Below are positions 1 through 9,364 of a stretch of DNA of 32,000 bases, piece after piece (the first letter of the stretch is position 1; each line of letters starts with the position of its first letter). Origin of the DNA: Methanothermus fervidus DSM 2088 (GTDB taxonomy: Archaea; Methanobacteriota; Methanobacteria; DSM-2088; Methanothermaceae). A model generated the notes under the pieces. That model was not told where the DNA came from, did not search any database, and worked only from the letters and a program-made list of their open reading frames with translations. The stretch is taken from positions 720,001-752,000 of the forward strand of contig CP002278.1 in assembly GCA_000166095.1 (NCBI GenBank), written 5' to 3'. The position numbers and the translations under genes were made by a program.

Positions 1-117
1 AGAGAAACAATATATCATAGCCTTTTTTAACCTTTTTTAAAATTTCTTTTTCTAAACTTTCTCTATTCTCTATTTTTAATTCATAAACACTTTCAATAAC
101 ATCTAATTCTTCTATTT

Positions 118-549
118 TCATAATTTTATTTTCTTTTTTCCTGGTTTTGGTTTTAGAGAATATACTTCTTCTACATCGACCAATATTGCAGCTTGTGGTT
201 TAATTTTTTCTCCAAACCTTTCTTTTACCATGCTTTTTACTTCATCAAAATATTTTCCTTCTTTTATTACTGAAGCAGATCCTTTCACAAGATATCCATC
301 ATAGTAAATTGCTGAAGCTACAGCCACTTTTGAACCATTCTCTATATTTTCCAATGTTTTTTTAGCAAAATTTATAGAAATTAGTATTTTATTTTTATTT
401 ATAACTTTAGAAAAGCAAATTGGAGCCAGATGTGGATTTCCCTCATTATCAGTAGTTGCAACCCATATTAAGGGTTTATTCTTATCACAATATTCATTAT
501 TAAACATTTCTATAATTTTCTTTGATAACTTAACCATCTTTGTCACCAT
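118..549 (-). CDS. pyridoxamine 5'-phosphate oxidase-like (FMN-binding split barrel) family protein
   Basis: Complete ORF; 'WVATTDNEGNPHLAPICF' N-terminal motif typical of the PNPOx-like fold. Confidence 0.75.
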   Translation of the reverse strand: MVTKMVKLSKKIIEMFNNEYCDKNKPLIWVATTDNEGNPHLAPICFSKVINKNKILISINFAKKTLENIENGSKVAVASAIYYDGYLVKGSASVIKEGKYFDEVKSMVKERFGEKIKPQAAILVDVEEVYSLKPKPGKKKIKL

Positions 550-626
550 AATTAGTTTAATCTTTCTTTTTAATGAATTTTTTTAATATTTTAAAAGTAA
601 AACATGATACTGCAATAATAAAAAAT

Positions 627-1466
627 TTAGAGATCTTTTTCAATTTCTAAACTAAGATCTAAAGCTGGAGCTGAATGTGTTATAAATCCTAATGAAATTA
701 CATCTACACCTGTACGTGCATAATCCTGAACTGTGTTTGGTTTAATATTTCCGGAAGCCTCTAATATAACTTTATTTCTTAGATTTCTTTTCTTTAATTC
801 ATTAATAACCATTTTAATTTCTTTTGGAGACATATTGTCTAAAAGAATTATATCTGCCCCTAGTTTGGCAGCTAAAATTGCATCATTTATGTTTTCAACT
901 TCAACTTCTATTTTTTTTGTAAAACTTACTTTCTTCTTCAACATTTTCATTGCCTTCTCCAATCCCACCAAGGCTAAATGATTATCCTTTATCATTGCAC
1001 AATCATCCAACCTGAATCTATGAGTGTCACCACCACCTATTTTCACTGCTAATTTTTCTAACCATTGCATGCCCGGAGTTGTTTTTCTTGTACATGCAAC
1101 TATTACTTTTGGGTTTACACTTTTAACTTTATTGACAATTTTATTTGTAATGGTAGCAATGCCACTCATTCTCATCATTATATTTAACACGCTTCTTTCC
1201 AATGTTAGAATCTTGCGTGCATTTCCTTTAATACGCATCACACATTCATCTTTAGCAACTTTTTCACCGTCATCTTTATAAGTTATACATTCTAAATTAA
1301 AATCTTTGAAAATCTCTTCAGCTATCCTAACACCAGCTATTATTCCTTCCTCTCTTGCAAGTATTTTTGCGCTAGCTTTCATATTTTTCTTGATAATTGA
1401 ATTAGTTGTAATATCTTCGACACCAATATCTTCCATTATGTATTTCTTCAAATATTCAATCATCAT
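627..1466 (-). CDS. nadC: nicotinate-nucleotide pyrophosphorylase (carboxylating), quinolinate phosphoribosyltransferase
   Basis: Full-length 279 aa ORF with characteristic 'EDIGVEDITT', 'RTTPGMQWLEKLAVKIGGGDTHRFRLDDCAMIKDNH' and 'SGNI' motifs. Confidence 0.95.
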   Translation of the reverse strand: MMIEYLKKYIMEDIGVEDITTNSIIKKNMKASAKILAREEGIIAGVRIAEEIFKDFNLECITYKDDGEKVAKDECVMRIKGNARKILTLERSVLNIMMRMSGIATITNKIVNKVKSVNPKVIVACTRKTTPGMQWLEKLAVKIGGGDTHRFRLDDCAMIKDNHLALVGLEKAMKMLKKKVSFTKKIEVEVENINDAILAAKLGADIILLDNMSPKEIKMVINELKKRNLRNKVILEASGNIKPNTVQDYARTGVDVISLGFITHSAPALDLSLEIEKDL

Positions 1467-1499
1467 ATTTTAGAGATATTTTCATTGGAGGAGATATAT

Positions 1500-2486
1500 A
1501 TGATGGAAGTTGTATTTTTAGGAACATCATCTGCAGTACCTTCCAAATATAGGAATCATGCAAGTATAGCAATTAAAGGATTTGGAGAAATATTTTTATT
1601 TGATTGTGGGGAAGGTACTCAGAGGCAAATGGCAATAGCAAAAGTAAGTCCAATGAAAGTTAAAAGAATATTTATTTCACATTTACATGGAGACCATATT
1701 TTAGGCATTCCTGGTTTAATACAATCTATGGGCTTTAGAAATAGAAAGAAACCATTAACTATATATGGACCACCAGGTATTAAAGAAGTAAAGGAAGCAA
1801 TGATGAAACTTGGTGAATTTTCTATTGATTTTGACATTAATGTAAAGGAAATTAAAAATGAAGGAATAGTATTTGAAAATGAAAAATACAAAATAGAATG
1901 TATTAAAACAAAACATACTACTGAAAACTATTCCTATTCTATCGAAGAGAAAAAAAGACCACGGTTTTTAAGAGAGAAAGCAATAAAATTAGGAGTGAAA
2001 CCAGGACCTGCATTCAGCAAATTGCACAGAGGCATACCTGTAAAAGTTGGAGACAGAATCGTAAAACCTGAGGAAGTACTTGGAAAACCTAGAAAGGGGA
2101 TAAAAGTTGTATATTCTGGAGATACAGTTCCTCATGAAAAAATGATTGAATTTGCTAAAGATGCTGATCTATTAATTCATGATTCTACATTTGAAGCTGG
2201 AAAAGAAAATAAAGCGTTGGAAACTGGTCATTCAACTGCAAAAGACGCTGCTAAAATAGCTAAAGAAGCCAATGTTAAGTATCTTGTGTTAACGCACTTA
2301 AGTACAAGATATAGAGAAGCAAAAAAAATAGAAAATGACGCAAAAAAAATATTTAAAAAATCAATAGTTGCAGAGGATTTGATGTCAATTACAATAGTAA
2401 GGAAAGAGATAAGAGAAATAAAAAGAAGAATACTTGAAATAAATGAAGAAACAATTCCAAGAAGTGAGTTGAAGTTTAATGATTAA
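1500..2486 (+). CDS. rnz: ribonuclease Z (tRNA 3'-processing endonuclease)
   Basis: Metallo-beta-lactamase motif 'FISHLHGDHILGIPGL' with 'FLGTSSAVPSKYRN'. The ORF track starts at a TTG at 1485, but that lies on the GGAGGA ribosome-binding site, so the start is more likely ATG 1500 or 1503. Confidence 0.93.
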   Translation: MMEVVFLGTSSAVPSKYRNHASIAIKGFGEIFLFDCGEGTQRQMAIAKVSPMKVKRIFISHLHGDHILGIPGLIQSMGFRNRKKPLTIYGPPGIKEVKEAMMKLGEFSIDFDINVKEIKNEGIVFENEKYKIECIKTKHTTENYSYSIEEKKRPRFLREKAIKLGVKPGPAFSKLHRGIPVKVGDRIVKPEEVLGKPRKGIKVVYSGDTVPHEKMIEFAKDADLLIHDSTFEAGKENKALETGHSTAKDAAKIAKEANVKYLVLTHLSTRYREAKKIENDAKKIFKKSIVAEDLMSITIVRKEIREIKRRILEINEETIPRSELKFND

Positions 2487-3243
2487 GATCAACTTTGAAA
2501 TATTACTGAAAAATTGTATTTTATCATTATTAACCATAATTGTTGCGGTTTTCCTTGTTAGACTTTTCTCACATTTCATAAGAAAGGCTGGAAAAGATCT
2601 GGAGTTAGACATTACAGCAGTTCATATAATTTTAGATATTACAAAGTATGGAATATATTTTGCTACTGCAATAGTTGTTTTAAGGATATTTGGAATAGAT
2701 ATAACTGCTATCATATTAAGTTTAGGTATATTAAGCGTAGCAATAAGTTTTGCAGCTCGTGATACTTTATCTAATTTTATTTCTGGAATGTTTATACTTT
2801 TAGATAAAAGTTTTAAAGTAGGTGACATAATAGAAATAACAGATAAAAAAGGAAAGGTTATAAAATTAGGAATTAGAAATACAATAATACTTACTTCCAA
2901 TAATGAAATTGTTGTTGTGCCTAATTCTTTATTTTCAAAGTCTGCATATATCAATTATACAAAAGCAGGAGTTAGAAGAATAGAATTACCAATAGAAATT
3001 TCAAATAATATTAAAATTAACGAATTAAAGAGAAAATTAAGACAAGAAATAAAGAATATGGGATGGGCTTTAGATAATCCAAAACCTAAAATTCTTGTGG
3101 AAGAAGTAAAAGACGACACTACAAAGTATAGAATTGTTGTATGGAGTAAACATCCTTCTAAAATAGACGTCCATAAATCATTGTTAGCAGAAATTGTTAA
3201 AAAAACAATTAATGAAGTTAAAGGTGGACAAAATGAATTATAG
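2479..3243 (+). CDS. MscS-family small-conductance mechanosensitive ion channel
   Basis: TM segments followed by 'LSVAISFAARDTLSNFISGMFILLDKSFKVGDIIEI', typical MscS TM3/beta domain. Confidence 0.9.
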   Translation: MIKINFEILLKNCILSLLTIIVAVFLVRLFSHFIRKAGKDLELDITAVHIILDITKYGIYFATAIVVLRIFGIDITAIILSLGILSVAISFAARDTLSNFISGMFILLDKSFKVGDIIEITDKKGKVIKLGIRNTIILTSNNEIVVVPNSLFSKSAYINYTKAGVRRIELPIEISNNIKINELKRKLRQEIKNMGWALDNPKPKILVEEVKDDTTKYRIVVWSKHPSKIDVHKSLLAEIVKKTINEVKGGQNEL

Positions 3244-3811
3244 AGTCTATGCTTTTTTAATCTTATTTATATCTTTTATTTTTGCCTCCTTCATTTTTTT
3301 AAAAGCTTATTTAAATCATCAAAAAATTATAAAATATAAAGAAATTGTTAAAGAACATGGAAATCAGCGCCTTTCATCTCCTAGTATATATGCTGTACCA
3401 CAACGAAATGTAATTGGAAGATTAGTAATTCCAAAGATTGGTTTAGATTGTCTAATAAAAGAAACATCGGTAAATGATTATAATACTGTGTATCATTATC
3501 CAGAAAGTGCAGGATTAGGTGAAAACGGAGAATGTGCACTTTTAGGTCATAGGACATTATTTTCTGGACCTTTTAAAAGAATTGGTGAGTTGTCACCAGG
3601 AGACGAAGTTATAGTTTATGATTATACACGTTCAAGGAAATATATCTATGTAGTTGTTTCAAATGGTGAGGATATAAGATGGGATTACAAAAATAATCCA
3701 ATAAGATTTGAACATGGTGGTGAACCACGTTTATTGCTTATAACATGTTATCCTCCTGGAAGAAAAGATGCAGCATGGATAACACATTGTATATTAATAA
3801 AAAGTTATTAA
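3233..3811 (+). CDS. sortase family transpeptidase
   Basis: N-terminal TM, 'CALLGHRTLFSGPFKRIGELSPGD' catalytic His region and 'LLLITCYPPG' catalytic Cys region. Start at ATG 3233 preceded by AAGGTGG is preferred over 3194 because it leaves only a short overlap with the MscS gene. Confidence 0.88.
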   Translation: MNYRVYAFLILFISFIFASFIFLKAYLNHQKIIKYKEIVKEHGNQRLSSPSIYAVPQRNVIGRLVIPKIGLDCLIKETSVNDYNTVYHYPESAGLGENGECALLGHRTLFSGPFKRIGELSPGDEVIVYDYTRSRKYIYVVVSNGEDIRWDYKNNPIRFEHGGEPRLLLITCYPPGRKDAAWITHCILIKSY

Positions 3812-3815
3812 GGGG

Positions 3816-4739
3816 ATGGGTTTTGTGGAAATACAGGAAGAAATAGAGGAAATTAAAAAAGAAAAAAATGCTATCATACTTGCACATAATTACCAACCTA
3901 AAGAGATACAGGAAATAGCTGATTTTATAGGTGATTCTTTAGAACTTTGTTTAAAAATAACTAAAATAAAAGATAAAGACATGGTAGTATTTTGTGGCGT
4001 TGATTTTATGGCTGAAACAGCGTATATTTTGAGCCCTGATAAAAAAATATTAATACCAGACCCTGCTGCTGAATGTCAGATGGCACACATGCTTAAAGTA
4101 AGTGATATTAAGAAAGCTAAGAAAAAATACCCTGATGCAGCTGTAGTTTTATATGTAAATACTTTAGCTGAGGCAAAAGCAGAAGCAGATATCATATGTA
4201 CATCTGCAAATGCTGTTGAGGTTGTAAATAGTTTGGATGAAGATACTATAATATTTGGACCTGATAGAAATTTAGCCATGTATGTTGCAAAAAATACTGA
4301 CAAAAAAATTATACCTGTGCCTGAAGATGGGCATTGTTATGTACATAAAATGTTTAAGCCTGAACATTTCATACGTTTAAAAGAGAAATATCCGGATGCT
4401 GAAATTCTTGTTCATCCAGAATGTGACCCTGAAGTTCAGGAGTTAGCTGACCATATTTTAAGTACAGGTGGAATGATAAGAAGAACTATGGAATCTGATT
4501 CAAAAGAATTCATCATTGGTACTGAAGTTGATTTATGTACTAGAATAGAGAGAGAAGTACCTAATAAAAAGGCAATTCCTGCATATAAGGAAGCAATTTG
4601 TGAAGAAATGAAGTATCATAGTTTAAAGAAATTAAGGAATTCATTGATAGAAGAAAAATATGAAGTCAAAGTTCCAAAAAAGATTGCCAAAAAAGCTAAA
4701 AGTGCAATAAATCGAATGATTGAAATCTTCAATAAGTGA
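3816..4739 (+). CDS. nadA: quinolinate synthase
   Basis: 'AIILAHNYQPKEIQEIADFIGDSLEL', 'CGVDFMAETAYIL', 'VHPECDPEVQELAD', 'TEVDLCTRIERE'. Exact start uncertain (GTG codons slightly downstream are possible). Confidence 0.95.
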   Translation: MGFVEIQEEIEEIKKEKNAIILAHNYQPKEIQEIADFIGDSLELCLKITKIKDKDMVVFCGVDFMAETAYILSPDKKILIPDPAAECQMAHMLKVSDIKKAKKKYPDAAVVLYVNTLAEAKAEADIICTSANAVEVVNSLDEDTIIFGPDRNLAMYVAKNTDKKIIPVPEDGHCYVHKMFKPEHFIRLKEKYPDAEILVHPECDPEVQELADHILSTGGMIRRTMESDSKEFIIGTEVDLCTRIEREVPNKKAIPAYKEAICEEMKYHSLKKLRNSLIEEKYEVKVPKKIAKKAKSAINRMIEIFNK

Positions 4740-4754
4740 TAAGGAGGTAATAAT

Positions 4755-5960
4755 TTGGAATTTGAGGTTGTGGAATTAAAAGGCCATATAATAGATTCAA
4801 ATATTCTGTCACAAGTTTTGGATAAAATAATAATGATGGGTGGGGATTTTGAAATAGAAAAGCTTGATGTTGGAAAAACAAATGAAGATGAGAGTTATGC
4901 GAGACTCATAGTTAAAGGTGAAAATATAGATGAAATTTTAGGTGAAATTCAACAATTAGGTGCGATAGTTCCAACAAAAGAAGTCAAAACAAAAAAAGCA
5001 CCAAAAGATGGGGTTTTACCAGACAATTTTTATGCCACTACAAATTTACCAACTTATGTAAGGATAGATGGAGAATGGAAAAAAGTTAGAGATATTGAGA
5101 TGGACTGTGTTATAGTAATTAAAGAAGAAAATGGAGAAAAAATACCTGTTTGTAAAAGGATGGGATTGGTTAAGAAAGGAGAGGAAGTAGTTGTTGGATA
5201 TGAAGGAATAAAAGTAATACCTTTAGAAAAAGAAAGGAGTAGAGAAATTTTTGGTTTCATGCAAAGTGAAGTTTCACCAGAAAAACCATTAGATTATTAT
5301 TCAAAAGTGATTGCCAAAGAAATGAAAAAAATAAAGAAAAATAATGGAAAGATTGTCTGGGTTGTTGGTACTGCAATTGCACATACCCGAGCACATAGAA
5401 TTTTAGAAAGATTCGTAAGGGAAGGCTATGTAGATGCATTGTTTTGTGGAAATGGGTTTGCAACAATGGACATTGAATATGCATTATTTAAAACAACTTT
5501 GGGAATGAATGATAGAGCTAAAGTTGTAAAAGGCGGATATAAAAGTCATTTAGTTGCTATAAATGAAATATCAAAGGCAGGAGGCATAAAAAAAGCTGTT
5601 GAAAAGGGAATAATAAATAAGGGAGTATTTTATGAATGTGTAAAAAATAATGTTCCATACGTGATAGGAGGATCTTTAAGAGATGATGGACCACTTGTAG
5701 ATACAATAACTGATGTCATGGAAGCACAGGATGAAATGCGTAAATATGCTAAAAAATCAGATATGTGTATAATACTAGCTACAATGTTACATGGCATTGC
5801 CACAGGTAATATTTTACCTGCCAGAGTTAAAACTGTTTGTGTGGATATGAATCCCTATGTTGTGACTAGACTTCAGGATAGAGGTAGTCATCAAGCTTTA
5901 GGAGTGGTTTCTGATCCTTGTGCATTCCTTCATATATTGGAAAAAGACCTATTATCATAA
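4755..5960 (+). CDS. TIGR00300/LOR-SDH family protein, archaeal ornithine cyclodeaminase-like
   Basis: N-terminal LOR/SDH-like domain plus C-terminal nucleotide-binding domain ('VWVVGTAIAHTRAHRILERFVREGYVDALFCGNGFATMDIEYALF'). TTG start with a strong AAGGAGGT ribosome-binding site. Confidence 0.85.
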   Translation: MEFEVVELKGHIIDSNILSQVLDKIIMMGGDFEIEKLDVGKTNEDESYARLIVKGENIDEILGEIQQLGAIVPTKEVKTKKAPKDGVLPDNFYATTNLPTYVRIDGEWKKVRDIEMDCVIVIKEENGEKIPVCKRMGLVKKGEEVVVGYEGIKVIPLEKERSREIFGFMQSEVSPEKPLDYYSKVIAKEMKKIKKNNGKIVWVVGTAIAHTRAHRILERFVREGYVDALFCGNGFATMDIEYALFKTTLGMNDRAKVVKGGYKSHLVAINEISKAGGIKKAVEKGIINKGVFYECVKNNVPYVIGGSLRDDGPLVDTITDVMEAQDEMRKYAKKSDMCIILATMLHGIATGNILPARVKTVCVDMNPYVVTRLQDRGSHQALGVVSDPCAFLHILEKDLLS

Positions 5961-6008
5961 AAAAATTTAAATTCTTAAAAAATTGTAAAACAAATTTGGA
6001 GGGATTAT

Positions 6009-7109
6009 ATGAAAACGACTATTAGTGTTATAAAGGCAGATATTGGAAGTGTAGCTGGACATGTTGTTGCACATAAAGCCCTTAAAGACAAATGTAGAGA
6101 AGTACTGTCAAAGGCAAAGGAAGATGGAATTATAGAGGACTTTTATGTCACAAATTGTGGTGACGATGTAAACCTTATAATGACACATAGAAGAGGAGAA
6201 GATGATGAAGAGGTGCATAGGACTGCATGGGAAGCATTCAAGGAAGCAACTAAAGTTTCTAAAAAGATGAAATTATATGGTGCTGGACAAGATTTACTAT
6301 CTGACACTTTTTCAGGTAATGTAAAGGGTTTAGGACCTGGATGTGCAGAAATGGAGTTTAAAGAAAGACCTAGTGACCCTGTAGTTGTGTTTTGTTGTGA
6401 TAAAACAGAGCCAGGAGCATTTAATTTACCACTCTTCAGAATATTTGCTGATCCATTTAACACAGCTGGTTTAGTTATTGATCCTTCTCTACACAAAGGA
6501 TATAAATTTGAGGTATATGATGTGATAGACCACAAAAGAGTGATGATGTCATGTCCAGAAGAGATGTATGATTTACTTGCTCTTTTAGGATCAATTAGTA
6601 GATATGTGATAAAGAAAATCTACAGGAAGAAAGATGATGAAATAGCTGCCTCAGTAAGCACTGAAAGATTAAACTTAATAGCAGGGAAATACATAGGAAA
6701 AGATGACCCTGTGGCAATAGTTAGGGCACAATCAGGATTTCCAGCAACTGGTGAAATATTAGAAGCGTTTGCCCAACCACATCTAGTTGGAGGATGGATG
6801 AGAGGATCACATAATGGTCCTTTAATGCCAGTATCTGAAAAAGATGCAGTTCCAACAAGATTTGATGGACCACCACGTGTTATGGCATTAGGTTTCCAAA
6901 TATCTGAATGTAAATTAATAGGACCTATCGATTTGTTTGATGACCCTATCTTTGAGCGTTCAAGGAGATTAGCAGCAAATATATCTGAATATATGAGGCG
7001 TCATGGGCCATTTGAGCCACATAGGTTACCTAGTGATGAGATGGAATATACAACTTTACCAGATGTACTTAAAAAATTGAAAGATAGATTTGAGGACATA
7101 GAGGATTAA
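6009..7109 (+). CDS. fbp: fructose 1,6-bisphosphate aldolase/phosphatase (archaeal type V FBPase)
   Basis: 'KADIGSVAGHVVAH', 'NCGDDVNLIMTH', 'LLSDTFSGNVKGLGPGCAEMEF', 'GWMRGSHNGPLMPV' signatures. Confidence 0.96.
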   Translation: MKTTISVIKADIGSVAGHVVAHKALKDKCREVLSKAKEDGIIEDFYVTNCGDDVNLIMTHRRGEDDEEVHRTAWEAFKEATKVSKKMKLYGAGQDLLSDTFSGNVKGLGPGCAEMEFKERPSDPVVVFCCDKTEPGAFNLPLFRIFADPFNTAGLVIDPSLHKGYKFEVYDVIDHKRVMMSCPEEMYDLLALLGSISRYVIKKIYRKKDDEIAASVSTERLNLIAGKYIGKDDPVAIVRAQSGFPATGEILEAFAQPHLVGGWMRGSHNGPLMPVSEKDAVPTRFDGPPRVMALGFQISECKLIGPIDLFDDPIFERSRRLAANISEYMRRHGPFEPHRLPSDEMEYTTLPDVLKKLKDRFEDIED

Positions 7110-7753
7110 GAAAGTAAAGTGTTTGAACATTTTAAAATTTCTTTAGGAATATCTACAACTTGTTTGACATTGTCTATAATTACGCTGTCGCTTGTTGCAA
7201 CAACGTTTCCTTTCTTACCTTCTTTTTTTAAAATATAGTCTACTTTATTAGATAAAATAACTTCTCCATTGACTTTGTGTTTTGACATGCAAGCCCTAAT
7301 TCTTTTTGCTAATTCACCACTAAAACTTACATTTTTGTCAAGATAAAATACAACATATTTAGGTTGATATTTCTTTAAAGTAGTTATTATAGCTTTGAGA
7401 GCTTTATATGTAGTAGTAGATATCTTATGTTTTCCAAATACAGCACTACAATCCCTTAAAAATCCATCTTGGGCAATGAATATATCCTTTGAATTCCTAA
7501 TAATATTTTCCACTGTTATCAACACATTGTAACCATCAATAAGAAGTTTTTTGTTTTTAATATTTTTTAATTTAATAATTTTAGATTTCCTTTCCTTAAT
7601 TTTCCTCCTGGAAAAAACATGTCTAGAAAGATAATTTCTTTCTTTTTTTGAAAGTAAATAATGATCAGCAACAAATTTTAATGCAATAGTTTTCCTATAT
7701 CCTCTATCAAGTAAATATCTAAGATCTTTTATGGCTTCATCGATTTTTCCCAT
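7106..7753 (-). CDS. DUF434-type archaeal protein of unknown function
   Basis: 215 aa ORF; 'DLRYLLDRGYRKTIALKFVADHYLLSKKERNYLSRHVFS' and 'LLIDGYNVLITVE' resemble archaeal DUF434 proteins. Overlaps the fbp 3' end by 4 nt. Confidence 0.7.
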   Translation of the reverse strand: MGKIDEAIKDLRYLLDRGYRKTIALKFVADHYLLSKKERNYLSRHVFSRRKIKERKSKIIKLKNIKNKKLLIDGYNVLITVENIIRNSKDIFIAQDGFLRDCSAVFGKHKISTTTYKALKAIITTLKKYQPKYVVFYLDKNVSFSGELAKRIRACMSKHKVNGEVILSNKVDYILKKEGKKGNVVATSDSVIIDNVKQVVDIPKEILKCSNTLLS

Positions 7754-7768
7754 CTTATCACAAAATTT

Positions 7769-8434
7769 TTAGCCTCTAATTTTCGCTGCAATTATGAGTA
7801 CACGGTCGGATGCATCTTCTGCTTGATCAGCTATATGACCTAGTTTTGTTGTTATTTCTTTAAGTCCCAGTAGTTTTACTGTTCCTATTTTTTTATTTTT
7901 ATAGAGTTTGAATAATTTTTTAATAATTTTCCTCTCAACTTTATCTGCATTTTCTTCTAGTTTTTCTGTTTCATGTGCTTTTTTAATGGCTTCTCCATAA
8001 TCTTTATCGAGGTTTTCCATACTCTTTTCAAATGCTTTTAATGTTTTATCTATAGCATCTATAAATTCCCTGAAATTTTTTTTAAGAATTTTCGGAAATC
8101 TTATTTTACTTAAAGATATCGAGAACGCCACAGATTCTATTGTATCAGCTATTTTATCTGTTTTTTCTGTAAGTAATATTCTATCCTCTCTGTCAAATGG
8201 TAAAAATGCACCTGAATAATATTTTAATTCCATTTTTCTTCTAACTTCGTCTGCTTCTCTTTCCAATTCTGATATTTTCTTGGCCAATTTTTCTACTTCA
8301 TCATAATTTCCTTCATAAAAGTTTTCCATCAAAAGTTTAAGTTTTTCATAACATTCGCCAACTAATTCCACATGTTTCTCAACAAATTTTTCGACTTCTG
8401 ATTCCCTATAAAATAAATTTTTTATTTTTTTCAT
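7769..8434 (-). CDS. DUF47/PhoU-like (TIGR00153) putative phosphate transport regulator
   Basis: Helical protein 'GNYDEVEKLAKKISELEREADEVRRKMELKYYSGAFLPFDREDRILLTEKTDKIADTIE'. Internal start at 'MKKIKNLFYR' chosen over the track start at 8494. Confidence 0.85.
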   Translation of the reverse strand: MKKIKNLFYRESEVEKFVEKHVELVGECYEKLKLLMENFYEGNYDEVEKLAKKISELEREADEVRRKMELKYYSGAFLPFDREDRILLTEKTDKIADTIESVAFSISLSKIRFPKILKKNFREFIDAIDKTLKAFEKSMENLDKDYGEAIKKAHETEKLEENADKVERKIIKKLFKLYKNKKIGTVKLLGLKEITTKLGHIADQAEDASDRVLIIAAKIRG

Positions 8435-8667
8435 TCTAATCTCCCATGAAGAAATCTTAAAGAATCTATTAATCCATGTGCATAATTTATACACGCAAAA
8501 GATGTTAAATAATCTTTCTTTTTTAAATAAAAAATTGCATCTTTTTTATATCTTTTTGCAATGTCTATTATTTTTCTTTCTTTTTCATTAAGCTCTATAA
8601 CTTTTAGATCTTTTAAAACTTCCTCAAATAAATCTATATCTTTGTAAATTCTTTCCTTATATTTCAT
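8431..8667 (-). CDS. DUF357 family small helical protein
   Basis: 'AKRYKKDAIFYLKKKDYLTSFACINYAHGLIDSLR' is typical of DUF357. Internal Met start leaves a short overlap with its neighbours. Confidence 0.75.
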   Translation of the reverse strand: MKYKERIYKDIDLFEEVLKDLKVIELNEKERKIIDIAKRYKKDAIFYLKKKDYLTSFACINYAHGLIDSLRFLHGRLE

Positions 8668-9236
8668 TATTTTTTCACCGCTTTCCAAGTGTGGTGAATT
8701 CTCTGAAAGACAGTTATATATGATATCAGGAGGAGGAATATCATAAATATTGTCATTATTTTTAAGTTTACAAATTCTCCTAAAATAGAAGCTATAAATA
8801 TAATGATCAATCTTTCAGGCCTTTCAGCAATTCCTATTTCACAATTTACACCTATACTCTCAGACTTTGCGCGAACATAACTTATGGTGAAAAAAGAATG
8901 TAAAAGAAAAATTCCTAAAATCCAATTTATAAATCCTCCAAAGGTTATTCCTAAAACAATTGCTGCATCTGAAAATCTATCCATAACAGAATCTAAGAAT
9001 TCTCCGAATGGGGTGGGTCTAAATTTGATTCTTGCAACTGCACCATCTAACATGTCTAAAAATCCACTTATTCCCAAAACTATTGCTGCAAAAAATAAAT
9101 TTTTTGTTGCAAATAAATATCCAGCAATAAGTGCTAAAATAAATCCAAGGATGGTTATATAATCAGGGTGAAGATTTGTTCTTTCAGCTATAGGTTTTAT
9201 CATTTGGTTCATTTCTTTTTTAATTTTACTCAACAT
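8667..9236 (-). CDS. CDP-alcohol phosphatidyltransferase, likely archaetidylinositol phosphate synthase
   Basis: CDP-alcohol phosphatidyltransferase motif DGX2ARX8GX3DX3D: 'DMLDGAVARIKFRPTPFGEFLDSVMDRFSD'; multiple TMs. Confidence 0.88.
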   Translation of the reverse strand: MLSKIKKEMNQMIKPIAERTNLHPDYITILGFILALIAGYLFATKNLFFAAIVLGISGFLDMLDGAVARIKFRPTPFGEFLDSVMDRFSDAAIVLGITFGGFINWILGIFLLHSFFTISYVRAKSESIGVNCEIGIAERPERLIIIFIASILGEFVNLKIMTIFMIFLLLISYITVFQRIHHTWKAVKK

Positions 9237-9364
9237 TTTATCTCTCCAATTCTAATGATAAGTAGTTAAATTTAAATAAAGTTTGGTAAATACAATGAAA
9301 TAGTAATTATTTGTTATCATCTGTTGTTTTTTAAAATTTGTTAGTTTTCTGTGGAGGGTCTTTA

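Noticed and set aside
733-2954. Track ORFs 733-981(+), 1024-1281(+), 1619-1891(-), 2385-2612(-), 2622-2954(-)
   Set aside because: All lie antisense or largely within well-supported nadC, rnz or mscS genes and have low-complexity Phe/Ser/Leu-rich translations typical of shadow frames.
4076-6535. Track ORFs 4076-4303(-), 5054-5260(-), 5257-5484(-), 6143-6535(-)
   Set aside because: Antisense to nadA, the LOR/SDH gene and fbp. No ribosome-binding site or recognisable domain.
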